DNA of 64,000 bases. Origin: Nitrospirales bacterium. Its GTDB lineage: Bacteria > Nitrospirota > Nitrospiria > Nitrospirales > UBA8639. The notes under the pieces are model-generated. The model searched no databases. It was given only the letters and a program-made list of their open reading frames with translations, and had not been told where the DNA came from. A program made the translations under genes and the position numbers. How positions within the stretch are numbered: position 1 is the first letter of the stretch; every line of letters begins with the position of its first letter. Below, one piece after another: positions 9,075 to 18,057 of this stretch. Where the stretch lies: NCBI GenBank assembly GCA_963555755.3, contig OY820905.2, positions 2,464,001-2,528,000 of the forward strand, in the 5' to 3' direction.

Positions 9075-10265
9075 TTAGCGCACCCAATGTTCGACTGGCC
9101 GGGAGAGGAAGTCCTTGATCGCGATACCGTCTCCTCCCACAAGGAGAGTACGTGAAGGTTGAAAGGTGGCGGTAAAAGCTTCCATTCCAGGGAGACTTTC
9201 TCCCCGGCGACCGCTTTTGACTTCGATGGCTGTGACGGATTCCCCTTTGCGGACAACGAAGTCCACCTCGCGATTTCGATCACGCCAATAATACAGTTCG
9301 ATCACGCCGGTAGCTGCTGCGTTGGCCAGATGTGCTCCGATAGCAGACTCAACCACTCGACCCCAGTAACCTAAATCCTTCCGTGCCGTGGTAAGGGTCT
9401 TTCTAGACTGTGCGCTCATGAGAGCGGTATTCAAGACCTGCAATTTTGGACTGGAGGCACGTTGTCGAGCCATTCCGCCGGAATACTTTTGCAAACCCAC
9501 GACCATACCCGCTCCAGCGAGTAATTGAAGATAATGGGCAAGGGTTGTGGTATTCCCGGCATCGTGGAGTTGCCCGAGCATTTTTTGATACGAGAGGATT
9601 TGCCCCGAATACGCACACCCGAGTTCGAAAAGCTGCCGCAACAACGCAGGCTTATCCACCCGGGTGAGTAAGAGGACATCGCGGGAGATGGTCGTCTCAA
9701 TAAGTGAGTCTTTCACGTAACGAGCCCAACGATTGGGCTCGTTCACGAGGGCGGAGGCTCCAGGATAACTGCCGTAAAAGAGAAATTGGTCGAGGGTCCA
9801 CTTGAAAGCCTCCTGCATTTCCCTGTAGGACCAGTGTGGCAGGTGAAGGATTTCAAAACGACCGGCAAGACTTTCTGTAAGTCCACGCTGAATAAGAAGG
9901 GGAGCTGATCCTAAGAGTATGACCTTCAGAGCCAAGCTCTTAGCGGTGTCAGCATCCCACAAACGTTTAACCGTTTCAGACCATTCGGGAACTTTTTGAA
10001 TTTCGTCGAGGATCAGCAAGGCCCCTCGCCGACCGGTGTCGGCGGCGACCAAGCGTGCCGCTTCCCATTGCTGCGTGACCCACGCTGTTCCCTGTAAGGT
10101 GGGTTCATCCGCACTGGCGTAACGAAAAGGAAGTCCGGCCTTCTTGGCGACCTGGCGGACCAATGTTGTTTTCCCCACCTGACGTGCTCCGGTGATGACT
10201 TGGATGAAGCGCCGGCGTTCCTTGAGCCGACGAGATATCTCAATGTGGTGAGGACGAATGTACAT
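9075..10265 (-). CDS. AAA+ ATPase (AAA_14-like) with DUF4143 / PD-(D/E)xK-like C-terminus
   Basis: Walker A GARQVGKT, Walker B LILDEIQ, LLGSA, ESLAGR; C-terminal YYWRDRNREVDFVV...AIEVKSG. Confidence 0.88.
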   Translation of the reverse strand: MYIRPHHIEISRRLKERRRFIQVITGARQVGKTTLVRQVAKKAGLPFRYASADEPTLQGTAWVTQQWEAARLVAADTGRRGALLILDEIQKVPEWSETVKRLWDADTAKSLALKVILLGSAPLLIQRGLTESLAGRFEILHLPHWSYREMQEAFKWTLDQFLFYGSYPGASALVNEPNRWARYVKDSLIETTISRDVLLLTRVDKPALLRQLFELGCAYSGQILSYQKMLGQLHDAGNTTTLAHYLQLLAGAGMVVGLQKYSGGMARQRASSPKLQVLNTALMSAQSRKTLTTARKDLGYWGRVVESAIGAHLANAAATGVIELYYWRDRNREVDFVVRKGESVTAIEVKSGRRGESLPGMEAFTATFQPSRTLLVGGDGIAIKDFLSRPVEHWVR

Positions 10266-10276
10266 GTGATTACACT

Positions 10277-10318
10277 TTACTTAATACGTTGAGTAAAATT
10301 ACTCAATGCGCTGAGTAA
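10277..10318. promoter_or_regulatory. Two tandem 20-bp palindromic operator-like sites upstream of the AAA ATPase
   Basis: TTACTTAA-TACG-TTGAGTAA (10277-10296) and TTACTCAA-TGCG-CTGAGTAA (10299-10318). Confidence 0.65.
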
Positions 10319-10654
10319 AGTCAATCACGGACGATACAGAAGTAAGGGTCGGGAGGGTGTAGCGAAACCACTCCACAATTGGATGACGGCAAGGTGAGCC
10401 ACAAGAACAATCGTTTCGACATTTCCTTACATTTAGAGGTCTGTTGAATATTTCACTTCAATTGTACATAAAAGCTTCAGATGAGCCTCGTATCGTCAAT
10501 GGGAGGGAAAGAAGAGGCTCATTGCTCGCCCTCCCGCCCGGACTCAATGGTTCGTCGAAAAATCAATACTCATGCCTGGCCGCATTTCTGACCCTGGAGA
10601 GAGTATTGAGAAAAACAATTAATTATTTAACTAGGATTGACCTTTATTATTTTC

Positions 10655-11026
10655 TTATTTGACGTAGATCACTCCAGGCAGGTCCTTCAGGTCCGCGTCT
10701 CCCGTGACGACTTGCGCGTCCTGATCCCTGGCGGTGGCATACACGATGGCATCGGCCATGGCTAAACCGTACAACAGGCTCATATCCGCCGCCAGATACG
10801 CGATGGATTCCGTGAGCTGGACGACATGGCTCGCACTGAGTTGTCCCGAAACCAATAAGGCCGTCTCTTCCCCCCTCTCCCGTTTGATTTTCTTGTACAC
10901 TTCATACAGAACGATGGTCGGGATGATGCGGTCATGCCGAGGCGAGAAATAGGCAGCGTAGCGTTCGGCAAGTGGTCCTTCTGTAAAGAATTCGATCCAT
11001 CCGCTGGAATCCATCAAGATCTTCAC
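10655..11026 (-). CDS. vapC: VapC-family PIN toxin, copy 2 (GTG start)
   Basis: One amino-acid difference from copy 1 (SAQ vs SGQ); the 203-aa track ORF is an upstream over-extension. Confidence 0.9.
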   Translation of the reverse strand: MKILMDSSGWIEFFTEGPLAERYAAYFSPRHDRIIPTIVLYEVYKKIKRERGEETALLVSGQLSASHVVQLTESIAYLAADMSLLYGLAMADAIVYATARDQDAQVVTGDADLKDLPGVIYVK

Positions 11027-11238
11027 ACCCGGTCCTGCTTTTCCCGGATGCCTGTCTTGGACATCCCCTTCAGCGATCCCTTCAGGTTTTTGAGCGGCAA
11101 TTCCGGAACCAGGGTAATCACTCCACCCTTTTCTATGACCTGTAAACGCTGCTGAGGACACAGGCGAAGCTTCTCCCGCACATCCTTGGGAATCACAATT
11201 TGAAATTTTGGTGAAATCGTTGTCGTGGCCATGCTCAA
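11023..11238 (-). CDS. AbrB/MazE-type antitoxin, copy 2
   Basis: Paralog of 6650-6865 with several substitutions. Confidence 0.9.
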   Translation of the reverse strand: MSMATTTISPKFQIVIPKDVREKLRLCPQQRLQVIEKGGVITLVPELPLKNLKGSLKGMSKTGIREKQDRV

Positions 11239-11557
11239 CCCTCCTTACTAAATCATGATCGATCATGCTATCGTCCTACGACTTGCCAGTCAAGCGCGGG
11301 GGCCTCGCGCGGGATAACATATCTCTGAATAGTGAAAGCTGATAACTTCCAAGTAAATAAATTGGATTAAAATGCTTATGTCCCTTTCGGTGAAAGTAAT
11401 AGTGAGAGCTTTTCCAAACAAGGAGTCATTCCATTTCTTTTCGAATAATTTCAGTGTTTTTCTGACATCTTTGTTGTTCGTGTGTTTCCCAATTATGCCA
11501 TGCGAAAACCCAATAATAAGTTTCCTGGCACCTTTTCCTTCTCTTCAAAATATCCTG

Positions 11558-12103
11558 CTATTCATCGGTGTAGGTTTCCAGTAATTCCTGGATGCGGGAG
11601 AAGATTCGATACAACTCCTTCTGCTGCTTGACAATTTCGGCATGGTTGGCTGCGGCGGCGACACAGCCTCCAAGTTCATCCAGATCGTCCAGGGTAAGAC
11701 TGACTGAGAGGCCATTCTTTTCTACGATGGCCAAGCGGATGCGGTTTTCGAATTCAGGTGGTAAGCAAATATCACTATCGAGGAGAAGCTGCTGTTCACG
11801 TTTGCTGAGCGTGAGGGAAAGCTTTTCGTCTGGTTTGATCTTTTTCCGGGGAGGATTGGAGGGAGAGTTTAGGCCTGGGAACTGAACGTGTGGGTAAAGG
11901 ACCGTGATTGAGCGGGCTTGGCCAGGGATACGCGAAATGAATCCCCGCCTCTCCAAGGTCAAAATCATCTGATGCACCGATGGCGGCGAGATCTGGAAAT
12001 GCCTCTGTATGTCGGCTTCCGCGGGAGGGACCCTCATAAGCAAGATGTACCCGGCGATAAATGCCAGAAACTCAAGCTGGCGAGGTGTAGGCTTGGCATC
12101 CAT
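11558..12103 (-). CDS. LexA-DBD/MarR-like wHTH fusion protein, copy 2
   Basis: Paralog of 7185-7730; differences are confined to the N-terminal HTH. Confidence 0.75.
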   Translation of the reverse strand: MDAKPTPRQLEFLAFIAGYILLMRVPPAEADIQRHFQISPPSVHQMILTLERRGFISRIPGQARSITVLYPHVQFPGLNSPSNPPRKKIKPDEKLSLTLSKREQQLLLDSDICLPPEFENRIRLAIVEKNGLSVSLTLDDLDELGGCVAAAANHAEIVKQQKELYRIFSRIQELLETYTDE

Positions 12104-12829
12104 TCAGGGTTCTCCTGTGAAAGCCATATTCAGGACAAAGGGGGGGATCACGTCGAGTCTTGTAGCGCGGATCATCCGATCAACAAATGGGGACAGAATG
12201 GTCGACCTCCTTTCCTTCACGAGGGATAACTTCCATGAAAATTGAAAAGGATTGTGCCCTAGTGGGAAGACAAGAAGCAATGATGCGGGATAGGCTGGGC
12301 GAGAGCGATCATTTTTCGGTGAGGGATCATCTAAATTTCCAATGAGAAGGATTTGTTTAGCGAACGATCAAGGAAAAGATTTCTGAGCCCTTCTTCATAT
12401 CCTGAAAATAAATCTGTCCACTTTTTCTTGATTGGGTTTGTTTGAGAATAATTATTTGCAGGGTTTCGTCCCTGCACGACGAGTCACTTTTGTTTCGGCA
12501 AAAGTGACCAAAACCATTTCCGCCCGTGCGCGGCCCTTCGGGTGCCTCCGCCTCCGTCCCGAATCAAGATGGCTCGGGAACTCGCTCTGCTCAAACAGCC
12601 CTCGCCGAAAAGTCGATTCGGGACTGAGGCTCCGCCGCTCCCAAGGCGGGAAGACACTCAAGAAACAAATCCAGTTTTCAAACTAGTGCGGGGAAGAGCA
12701 AATCCTATTAAACTCAACATGCCTAACCCTACTTCCAACATGCAGTCGTGGTTTTCTAGCCATGCTCCCATCGCAATTGAACGACCAAATTAGCGCAATA
12801 ACGCAGGCCTGACCCTCCTATTAATTCTG

Positions 12830-13399
12830 TCAACGGTTTTTGGGACCCTTTCCCTTCCCTCCTATCTCAACCAGAGCAAACGGAAGGGTAAAATCTAGGT
12901 TAAACGATTCAACCGCAATTAAATTAAGTTCCTCATTATCACGATCCCGGCAATCTCCATTAAAATCACGGCTTCCATTAATGTGAACCAGTACCCTGGT
13001 TTGATCAGGGTCCAGTGGAAGAACCAAATCGCTTAATGCAGGGTCATTGGGTGTCCACGGTGAAATACTATCAAACACCTCTGGAAAAGGGTCCAACGTA
13101 TAGGGGTCACCTTGGCAATTTACCAATGTCCAATAGATATGACGTCCATCTGTTGGAAAAAATCCTAATGGTGCTATCTCTATAAACACATAATTTTTAA
13201 ACTGAAAATATGTCGCTTCACTCGGATCACCAACGTAATAAACCATAACTTTTTCACCACCTGGAACTCCAACTACAGGCCCAAATGTTTTCCCATCATC
13301 ATCAACCACTGCAAGGCCGTTTGCCTGTGCCATAGCAATAGATGGCAGGAAGAGAATAGATAATAAAGCCAGTAAGAGAATCCCTCGTTTGGTCAACAT
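12830..13399 (-). CDS. Hypothetical secreted protein
   Basis: Start reassigned to MLTKRGILLLALLSILFLPSIAMA-Q (signal peptide), with a GAGG RBS upstream. Confidence 0.7.
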   Translation of the reverse strand: MLTKRGILLLALLSILFLPSIAMAQANGLAVVDDDGKTFGPVVGVPGGEKVMVYYVGDPSEATYFQFKNYVFIEIAPLGFFPTDGRHIYWTLVNCQGDPYTLDPFPEVFDSISPWTPNDPALSDLVLPLDPDQTRVLVHINGSRDFNGDCRDRDNEELNLIAVESFNLDFTLPFALVEIGGKGKGPKNR

Positions 13400-13661
13400 G
13401 ATTGTACCTCTCAGGGTAAAAACACAAAAGCCCTTCAAGACTCTTTGGTCCCAAAGGGCTTCTACCGACTTCCGAACTATTGAACGTAAACGGCCACCGC
13501 TTACCTCCAAATCGTGTAACCCAGGTTATCCCGCCACTGGATCACACCTCCGACTCACCATCTCATCGTCGTACTATTAGAAGTCAAGTGTAAAGAATGG
13601 GGGTAATGAAAGTAAATTGGGTGTATTCGCTAGGTGAAGAGTTTACAATGAAGGGTCTATC

Positions 13662-13725
13662 GTGAGTGCGGAGAGTGAGTAGGCAAGGACAACAAAAAAG
13701 CCCCACCGCCGCAACGATGAGGCTC
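13662..13725 (-). terminator. Intrinsic terminator plus conserved tail (repeated module, copy 1)
   Basis: Minus strand AGCCTCATCG-loop-CGGTGGGGCT-TTTTT downstream of the PEP-CTERM gene; near-copy at 14734-14798, hairpin only at 16094-16123. Confidence 0.75.
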
Positions 13726-13784
13726 TTTTTTATGTGACGTTTGGTGTGTACGTGTCCCGGTGGTGGCGATGGGCCGAAGGGGGG

Positions 13785-14288
13785 TTACCCGACTTGCTGC
13801 CCCTCACGTCGCCCTTGACGCCAGCGATAGCCAACCAGGCCGACTAAGCCGGTTGACAGTAACATCAGGGTGGCGGGTTCGGGGACCGGGTTCGAGCTGG
13901 TCTTAGGCTCATATCTTCCTGTGCTCATCTCGCTCGTTTCCCCCCCATCGATCGTCGCCCCTGCTGCGAAACTCCCGCCTTGGGCGCTCCATTGCCCCGT
14001 GTTACAATCCGGATTGCAAAATACCAACGCTGCATTCGCCCCTCGTGCTAGTAGGAAACCAACCGCCGCGAAATCCGCTATGTCCGCGGTGACCCAACTT
14101 ATGCCAATAAATGTTATCATAATGTCCGTAGGCTCGAAACCTGTCGCATCAAAATCGATAGAAAACATCCCGCTTATCTCCGGTGGTCCGTTCGGAGTGA
14201 CGATATTGAAATCGACAATGTTAACGGCCATGGCTGGGGTGGCCGTGAGAAGCAGGACACAGAACCCGAGAAGAATTTTAGTTTTCAT
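13785..14288 (-). CDS. PEP-CTERM sorting-domain surface protein
   Basis: Signal peptide ending PAMA; C-terminal VPEPATLMLLSTGLVGLVGYRWRQGRR. Confidence 0.92.
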   Translation of the reverse strand: MKTKILLGFCVLLLTATPAMAVNIVDFNIVTPNGPPEISGMFSIDFDATGFEPTDIMITFIGISWVTADIADFAAVGFLLARGANAALVFCNPDCNTGQWSAQGGSFAAGATIDGGETSEMSTGRYEPKTSSNPVPEPATLMLLSTGLVGLVGYRWRQGRREGQQVG

Positions 14289-14379
14289 ATAGAACCGCCT
14301 TTCGTTTCGCTGGGGTTAAGTGGAACAGGCCCGCCAGAATTTGCCAGTGTTCCCGTTCATGTTTACATGTGTGATACGA

Positions 14380-14395
14380 AGCAATTTCCCTGCCA
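14380..14395 (-). promoter_or_regulatory. Sigma54 (-24/-12) promoter of the PEP-CTERM gene
   Basis: Minus strand TGGCAGGGAAATTGCT (GG-N10-GC), ~90 bp upstream of the ATG. Confidence 0.75.
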
Positions 14396-14513
14396 CATTG
14401 TGGTGGTTTACGTTAGATGACGTAAGTCAGCGCGTTGAACAATGTTGTGTTCCGTTCCTGTCAGTTACCGTCCCCCTTGGAAGCAACACCTATCAGACCG
14501 TCGGCACCAAAAT

Positions 14514-14621
14514 TGTTGGAAATTTTGACACTTTTCAAAGACCCACACACCGAAGAATTCACAATCACCACTGTTCATACGGCAATGAGTCGCTTTTCGC
14601 AGAATGTAAAAATACCCGACA
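14514..14621. promoter_or_regulatory. Two TGT-N11-ACA enhancer-like boxes
   Basis: TGTTGGAAATTTTGACA (14514-14530) and TGTAAAAATACCCGACA (14605-14621), upstream of the sigma54 site. Confidence 0.6.
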
Positions 14622-14733
14622 CTATTTTCACAAAACATTACACACAACAGACAATCGCCACTGTCCATGGTAAAACGAGCCACTTCGCGCACACTGTGAA
14701 ATTGGCTGACGGTGGGTTAGGTAGGGTGAGGCG

Positions 14734-14798
14734 GTGAGTGCGGAGATTGAGTAGGCAAGGACAACGAAAAAAGCCTCACCGCCGACACGATGAGGCTC
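14734..14798 (-). terminator. Intrinsic terminator plus conserved tail (copy 2)
   Basis: Near-identical to 13662-13725; downstream of 14853-15272. Confidence 0.75.
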
Positions 14799-14852
14799 AC
14801 TGTGTGGGTGATGCTGGTATCAATGACTCGTTTACGCCTAGACACACATTTT

Positions 14853-15272
14853 TTAAAATGGCTTTTTCCCCTTTTTCGGTAGGTCGAAGTCGGATGGGTA
14901 GCATGTGAAAATATACACCATTCCCCTAATGTTTGACTGTTCGTCAACAAAGTTTTCAGTGGAAGTTATTGAAACCACGTTAGGGGTTTTATGATATACC
15001 GTTGCGAGTCCAGCTTTTATTTGCTTGGAAAAGGTTTTTGACAAAAGTTCTGCCGTCTCAACTCCCTTTTTATGAGCTGCCTCTATACACTCACCGCGTT
15101 TATAAAAACCATGTTCATAAGAAGTGGGTTCTAATTTTTCATAAGAAGTGGGTTCTAATGTCGTAGTGCTGGTTCGGGTAACAATCGCCTTTTCCCACAA
15201 AATCCACCCATCAGCATAGGCAGCAGTCGGGATGGCCAAAAACAATATTATCAGTAATAGCTTGCTTCGCAT
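14853..15272 (-). CDS. Hypothetical secreted protein with an internal 24-bp tandem duplication
   Basis: Signal peptide (..AAYA-D), GWILW, two Cys; LEPTSYE repeated. Confidence 0.7.
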   Translation of the reverse strand: MRSKLLLIILFLAIPTAAYADGWILWEKAIVTRTSTTTLEPTSYEKLEPTSYEHGFYKRGECIEAAHKKGVETAELLSKTFSKQIKAGLATVYHKTPNVVSITSTENFVDEQSNIRGMVYIFTCYPSDFDLPKKGKKPF

Positions 15273-15283
15273 TATTCACTTCC

Positions 15284-15862
15284 TCAATAGAGCAGATATA
15301 CAAGGATCGCCAATAAGCCTGCCGAGAGGATATGCAAGCCCACCCCTCCCCAAATGCCAACCGTATCGGCCAGGGAGAATGACTCCGCGTCTGGGGTCTT
15401 CGCTGCGATTTTCCCTCTTTCCCTTATTCCACCCAGTAGCCTATATACCTTCAGCACCTGCAAATAATTTTGGATTCGCTCGTACACGATGAACAAGTTT
15501 CCTATGATACTCGCAATAGCCAACCCCCAGATCGCTACCTTTACCCAAGGCGCAAGATTCGACATTTGTCCATGCCAGAGAAGAATCCATCCGAGAATGC
15601 CACAGGCGAGTACATTGGCTGCGTGTGTCTGAATTACAAAGAAGAGGGTCGCGAAAGCGTTTTGAATGCGTGTCTTTTCGCTTTCTGGTAGCGATGGGCT
15701 TTCGTCTCGCAATTTATAATATCTGGGCAAGGACTTTATTAAATCCCCGGAGACGGAGAATAATCTTATAAGGTTGGGAATCAATACCATGAGCAATACG
15801 ATAACTGATCCCCAAACCATGCTGCCCTTGGGTTCTATGAACTCATTCATCACCCACACCAA
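15284..15862 (-). CDS. Hypothetical membrane protein (~4 TM); start uncertain
   Basis: 192-aa ORF with several hydrophobic segments. Confidence 0.6.
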   Translation of the reverse strand: MVWVMNEFIEPKGSMVWGSVIVLLMVLIPNLIRLFSVSGDLIKSLPRYYKLRDESPSLPESEKTRIQNAFATLFFVIQTHAANVLACGILGWILLWHGQMSNLAPWVKVAIWGLAIASIIGNLFIVYERIQNYLQVLKVYRLLGGIRERGKIAAKTPDAESFSLADTVGIWGGVGLHILSAGLLAILVYLLY

Positions 15863-16053
15863 TCCTTCACTTTCGTCCCCCCATCATAGGGAACAGCTAC
15901 TTGTCGTTGAATCAGTAAGTCTGAAATATCCACTCCATCGGCCACCAGTCTGCCCACAATACGAAAATATTTCCCTCTGACTTCCTTGGGGTCATCATCA
16001 ATGGTGAGTTCTTCGAGGGTGCCGAAGTCTTTAGGGTTGAGGGGGGAAGCCAT
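15850..16053 (-). pseudogene. Chimeric fragment ending in a thermonuclease (SNase)-like C-terminus
   Basis: RGKYFRIVGRLVADGVDISDLLIQRQVAVPYDGGTKVKDWC resembles an SNase C-terminal half; the N-terminal catalytic half is missing. Confidence 0.55.
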
Positions 16054-16419
16054 GATGGAGGAAGGATACTGTATTTAGGTGTGATTGCAAAAGAAAAAGC
16101 CCCACCGCCGAAACGATGAGGCTTGATAAACAGCGAATTGAAGGGTGGATTAAGTGCATGGTTCTGAACCGAAGGGTGAGCTTAGGCATGCCGACATCTA
16201 AGAGAATGTATTAATCAAATACACGCCAGTGGAAAACCAGCTGCCTTTTTGAATTATGCAACAACGCCATGTTATACATGAACCGATTGTGCGAGATATT
16301 TTTAGCTGCGCTTGCCGGACGGGCCGTCTATACCGGGCGTGCGCAAACCGCCCGTGTTACGGTCGCGATGAGCGCGCGGACCGAATATCTACCGCTTTGA
16401 TGATGTACCGCCTCACGAT

Positions 16420-17046
16420 ATGCCTGACGTAATAAAACCGCTCCCACCGCCACGGACATACGGTCACGCGGTCGCAAGATGCTTGATCGCTCCGTTCGTG
16501 AACAGCGCGGTTCGACCGAACCATGTCACGACGGTGCGTCTGCTGACGGGTCTTGGCGCAGCATTGGCATTCGCGATCGGCGGCGAGCCTTGGACGAGGT
16601 TTGCGGGTCTGCTGTTCCTGCTCTCGCACCTGCTCGATCGCGCCGATGGCGAACTTGCGAGATTAACCGGACGCACCTCGCCGGCCGGACATCACTACGA
16701 TCTCCAGTGTGATCTCACGAGCAATGTCGCGATATTTATCGGTATCGGTATTGGGCTGCGGCACAGCGAGCTCGGGCAACTGGCGATCCTAATGGGCATC
16801 GTCGCAGGTGTGTCAATTGGCGCGATCTTTCGCATCGTCTTTGCGTTGCATGACGTTGGTTCTCACCCAAATACCGCACTAGGCGGGGGGAGGCGCTTCG
16901 ACCTGGATGACGGTCTGTTTCTGATCGCACCACTCGCATGGTTGGGTGCCTTAAAGCCGCTGCTGGTCGCGGCAGCAGTTGGCGCGCCACTGTTTTTAAT
17001 ATACGCCCAGTTCCAATACCGACGAACCCGACGAACAACTGACTGA
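16420..17046 (+). CDS. CDP-alcohol phosphatidyltransferase family protein
   Basis: PNHVT and LDRADGELARLTGRTSPAGHHYDLQCD motifs; multiple TMs. Confidence 0.9.
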   Translation: MPDVIKPLPPPRTYGHAVARCLIAPFVNSAVRPNHVTTVRLLTGLGAALAFAIGGEPWTRFAGLLFLLSHLLDRADGELARLTGRTSPAGHHYDLQCDLTSNVAIFIGIGIGLRHSELGQLAILMGIVAGVSIGAIFRIVFALHDVGSHPNTALGGGRRFDLDDGLFLIAPLAWLGALKPLLVAAAVGAPLFLIYAQFQYRRTRRTTD

Positions 17047-17067
17047 CGTTGGTACTTACCGCCGCCT

Positions 17068-18057
17068 TTAATCAATCCACCCTTCGGCACGGTACCACTG
17101 CACCGCGTCATGCGCGGACGACTCAATCGGCCGCGGGGTGATATCCAGTTCAGTTAGGCTTTTGCTGGGGTCGAAGTACATGCTGCGCCGGGTGAGGCGG
17201 ACCCCGGTAACCGTCGCGAGCGGGTTCTTTCCAGTCACCAGGTCCGCCCAGCGTTCGCTGCACCACGCGGCGGCAACCGCGAGCGCATACGGCACTTGCC
17301 AGCGAGGTGGTTTACACGACGCCGATTTAGCCAGGATGCCCAACCACTCTGATAACCAGTAGTTGTTGCCGCCGAGCAGGTAGCGAACATGCGGCCGTCC
17401 GCGCGCCATAGCTGCCACCATGCCTGCGGCAACATCGCGCGCGTCGATCAAATTAAACTGACAATCAACAATCGCAGGCAGTTGGCCGCGGCATAGCGCA
17501 ACCGCCATCCGGGTCGGTGGTGTCTGTCGGCGATCGCCTGGTCCAACCGGCAGGGTTGGCGCAACGACAATGATCGGCGCACCTTTTGCGGCCATGTCGA
17601 ATGCCGCGCACTCTGCGTGGTATTTGCTCAAACAATAAGGCCCCAACATATCCGATTCGCGCAATTTCAGGGTTTCGACCGCCCCAGATCGATCACCTTC
17701 GGTCGCTAGAATGCTCTCGGTGCTGGTGTGCAACATGCGCTCGACCCCGTGATCGATCCCCGACTGCAACACATTAACCGTGCCAAGGTGGTTTACCTGG
17801 TCGAATTCCCGGCGTTTACGGCGCCACAAATTCGGATCGGCGGCGAGATGATAAATGCTCGTGCAGCCGTGAACCGCAGCATCGACCCCGGCGCGATCTC
17901 GAATATCAACCCGAACGATTTCGACATCGTCTTGCGGCAGATGCGTGACGTCGGCATCGGGGTGCTCCAATATACGGACGCGTTGCCCGTCATTTAACAG
18001 ACGAGTGACTAGATGGGTGCCGAGGAAACCGGCACCACCGGTAACTAATATCCTCAC
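17068..18057 (-). CDS. NAD-dependent epimerase/dehydratase (HpnA/dihydroflavonol-reductase-like SDR)
   Basis: TGGAGFLG, YCLSK, PVGPGD..TPP, IDARDVA. Confidence 0.88.
   Translation of the reverse strand: MRILVTGGAGFLGTHLVTRLLNDGQRVRILEHPDADVTHLPQDDVEIVRVDIRDRAGVDAAVHGCTSIYHLAADPNLWRRKRREFDQVNHLGTVNVLQSGIDHGVERMLHTSTESILATEGDRSGAVETLKLRESDMLGPYCLSKYHAECAAFDMAAKGAPIIVVAPTLPVGPGDRRQTPPTRMAVALCRGQLPAIVDCQFNLIDARDVAAGMVAAMARGRPHVRYLLGGNNYWLSEWLGILAKSASCKPPRWQVPYALAVAAAWCSERWADLVTGKNPLATVTGVRLTRRSMYFDPSKSLTELDITPRPIESSAHDAVQWYRAEGWID

Larger units (their letters stand above)
10502..12821. repeat. ~2.3-kb segmental duplication, copy 2
   Basis: Colinear with 6120-8448. Confidence 0.95.

Noticed and set aside
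13662..16123. Integron attC sites
   Set aside because: No RYYYAAC/GTTRRRY box pairing and no integrase; the repeats look like terminators
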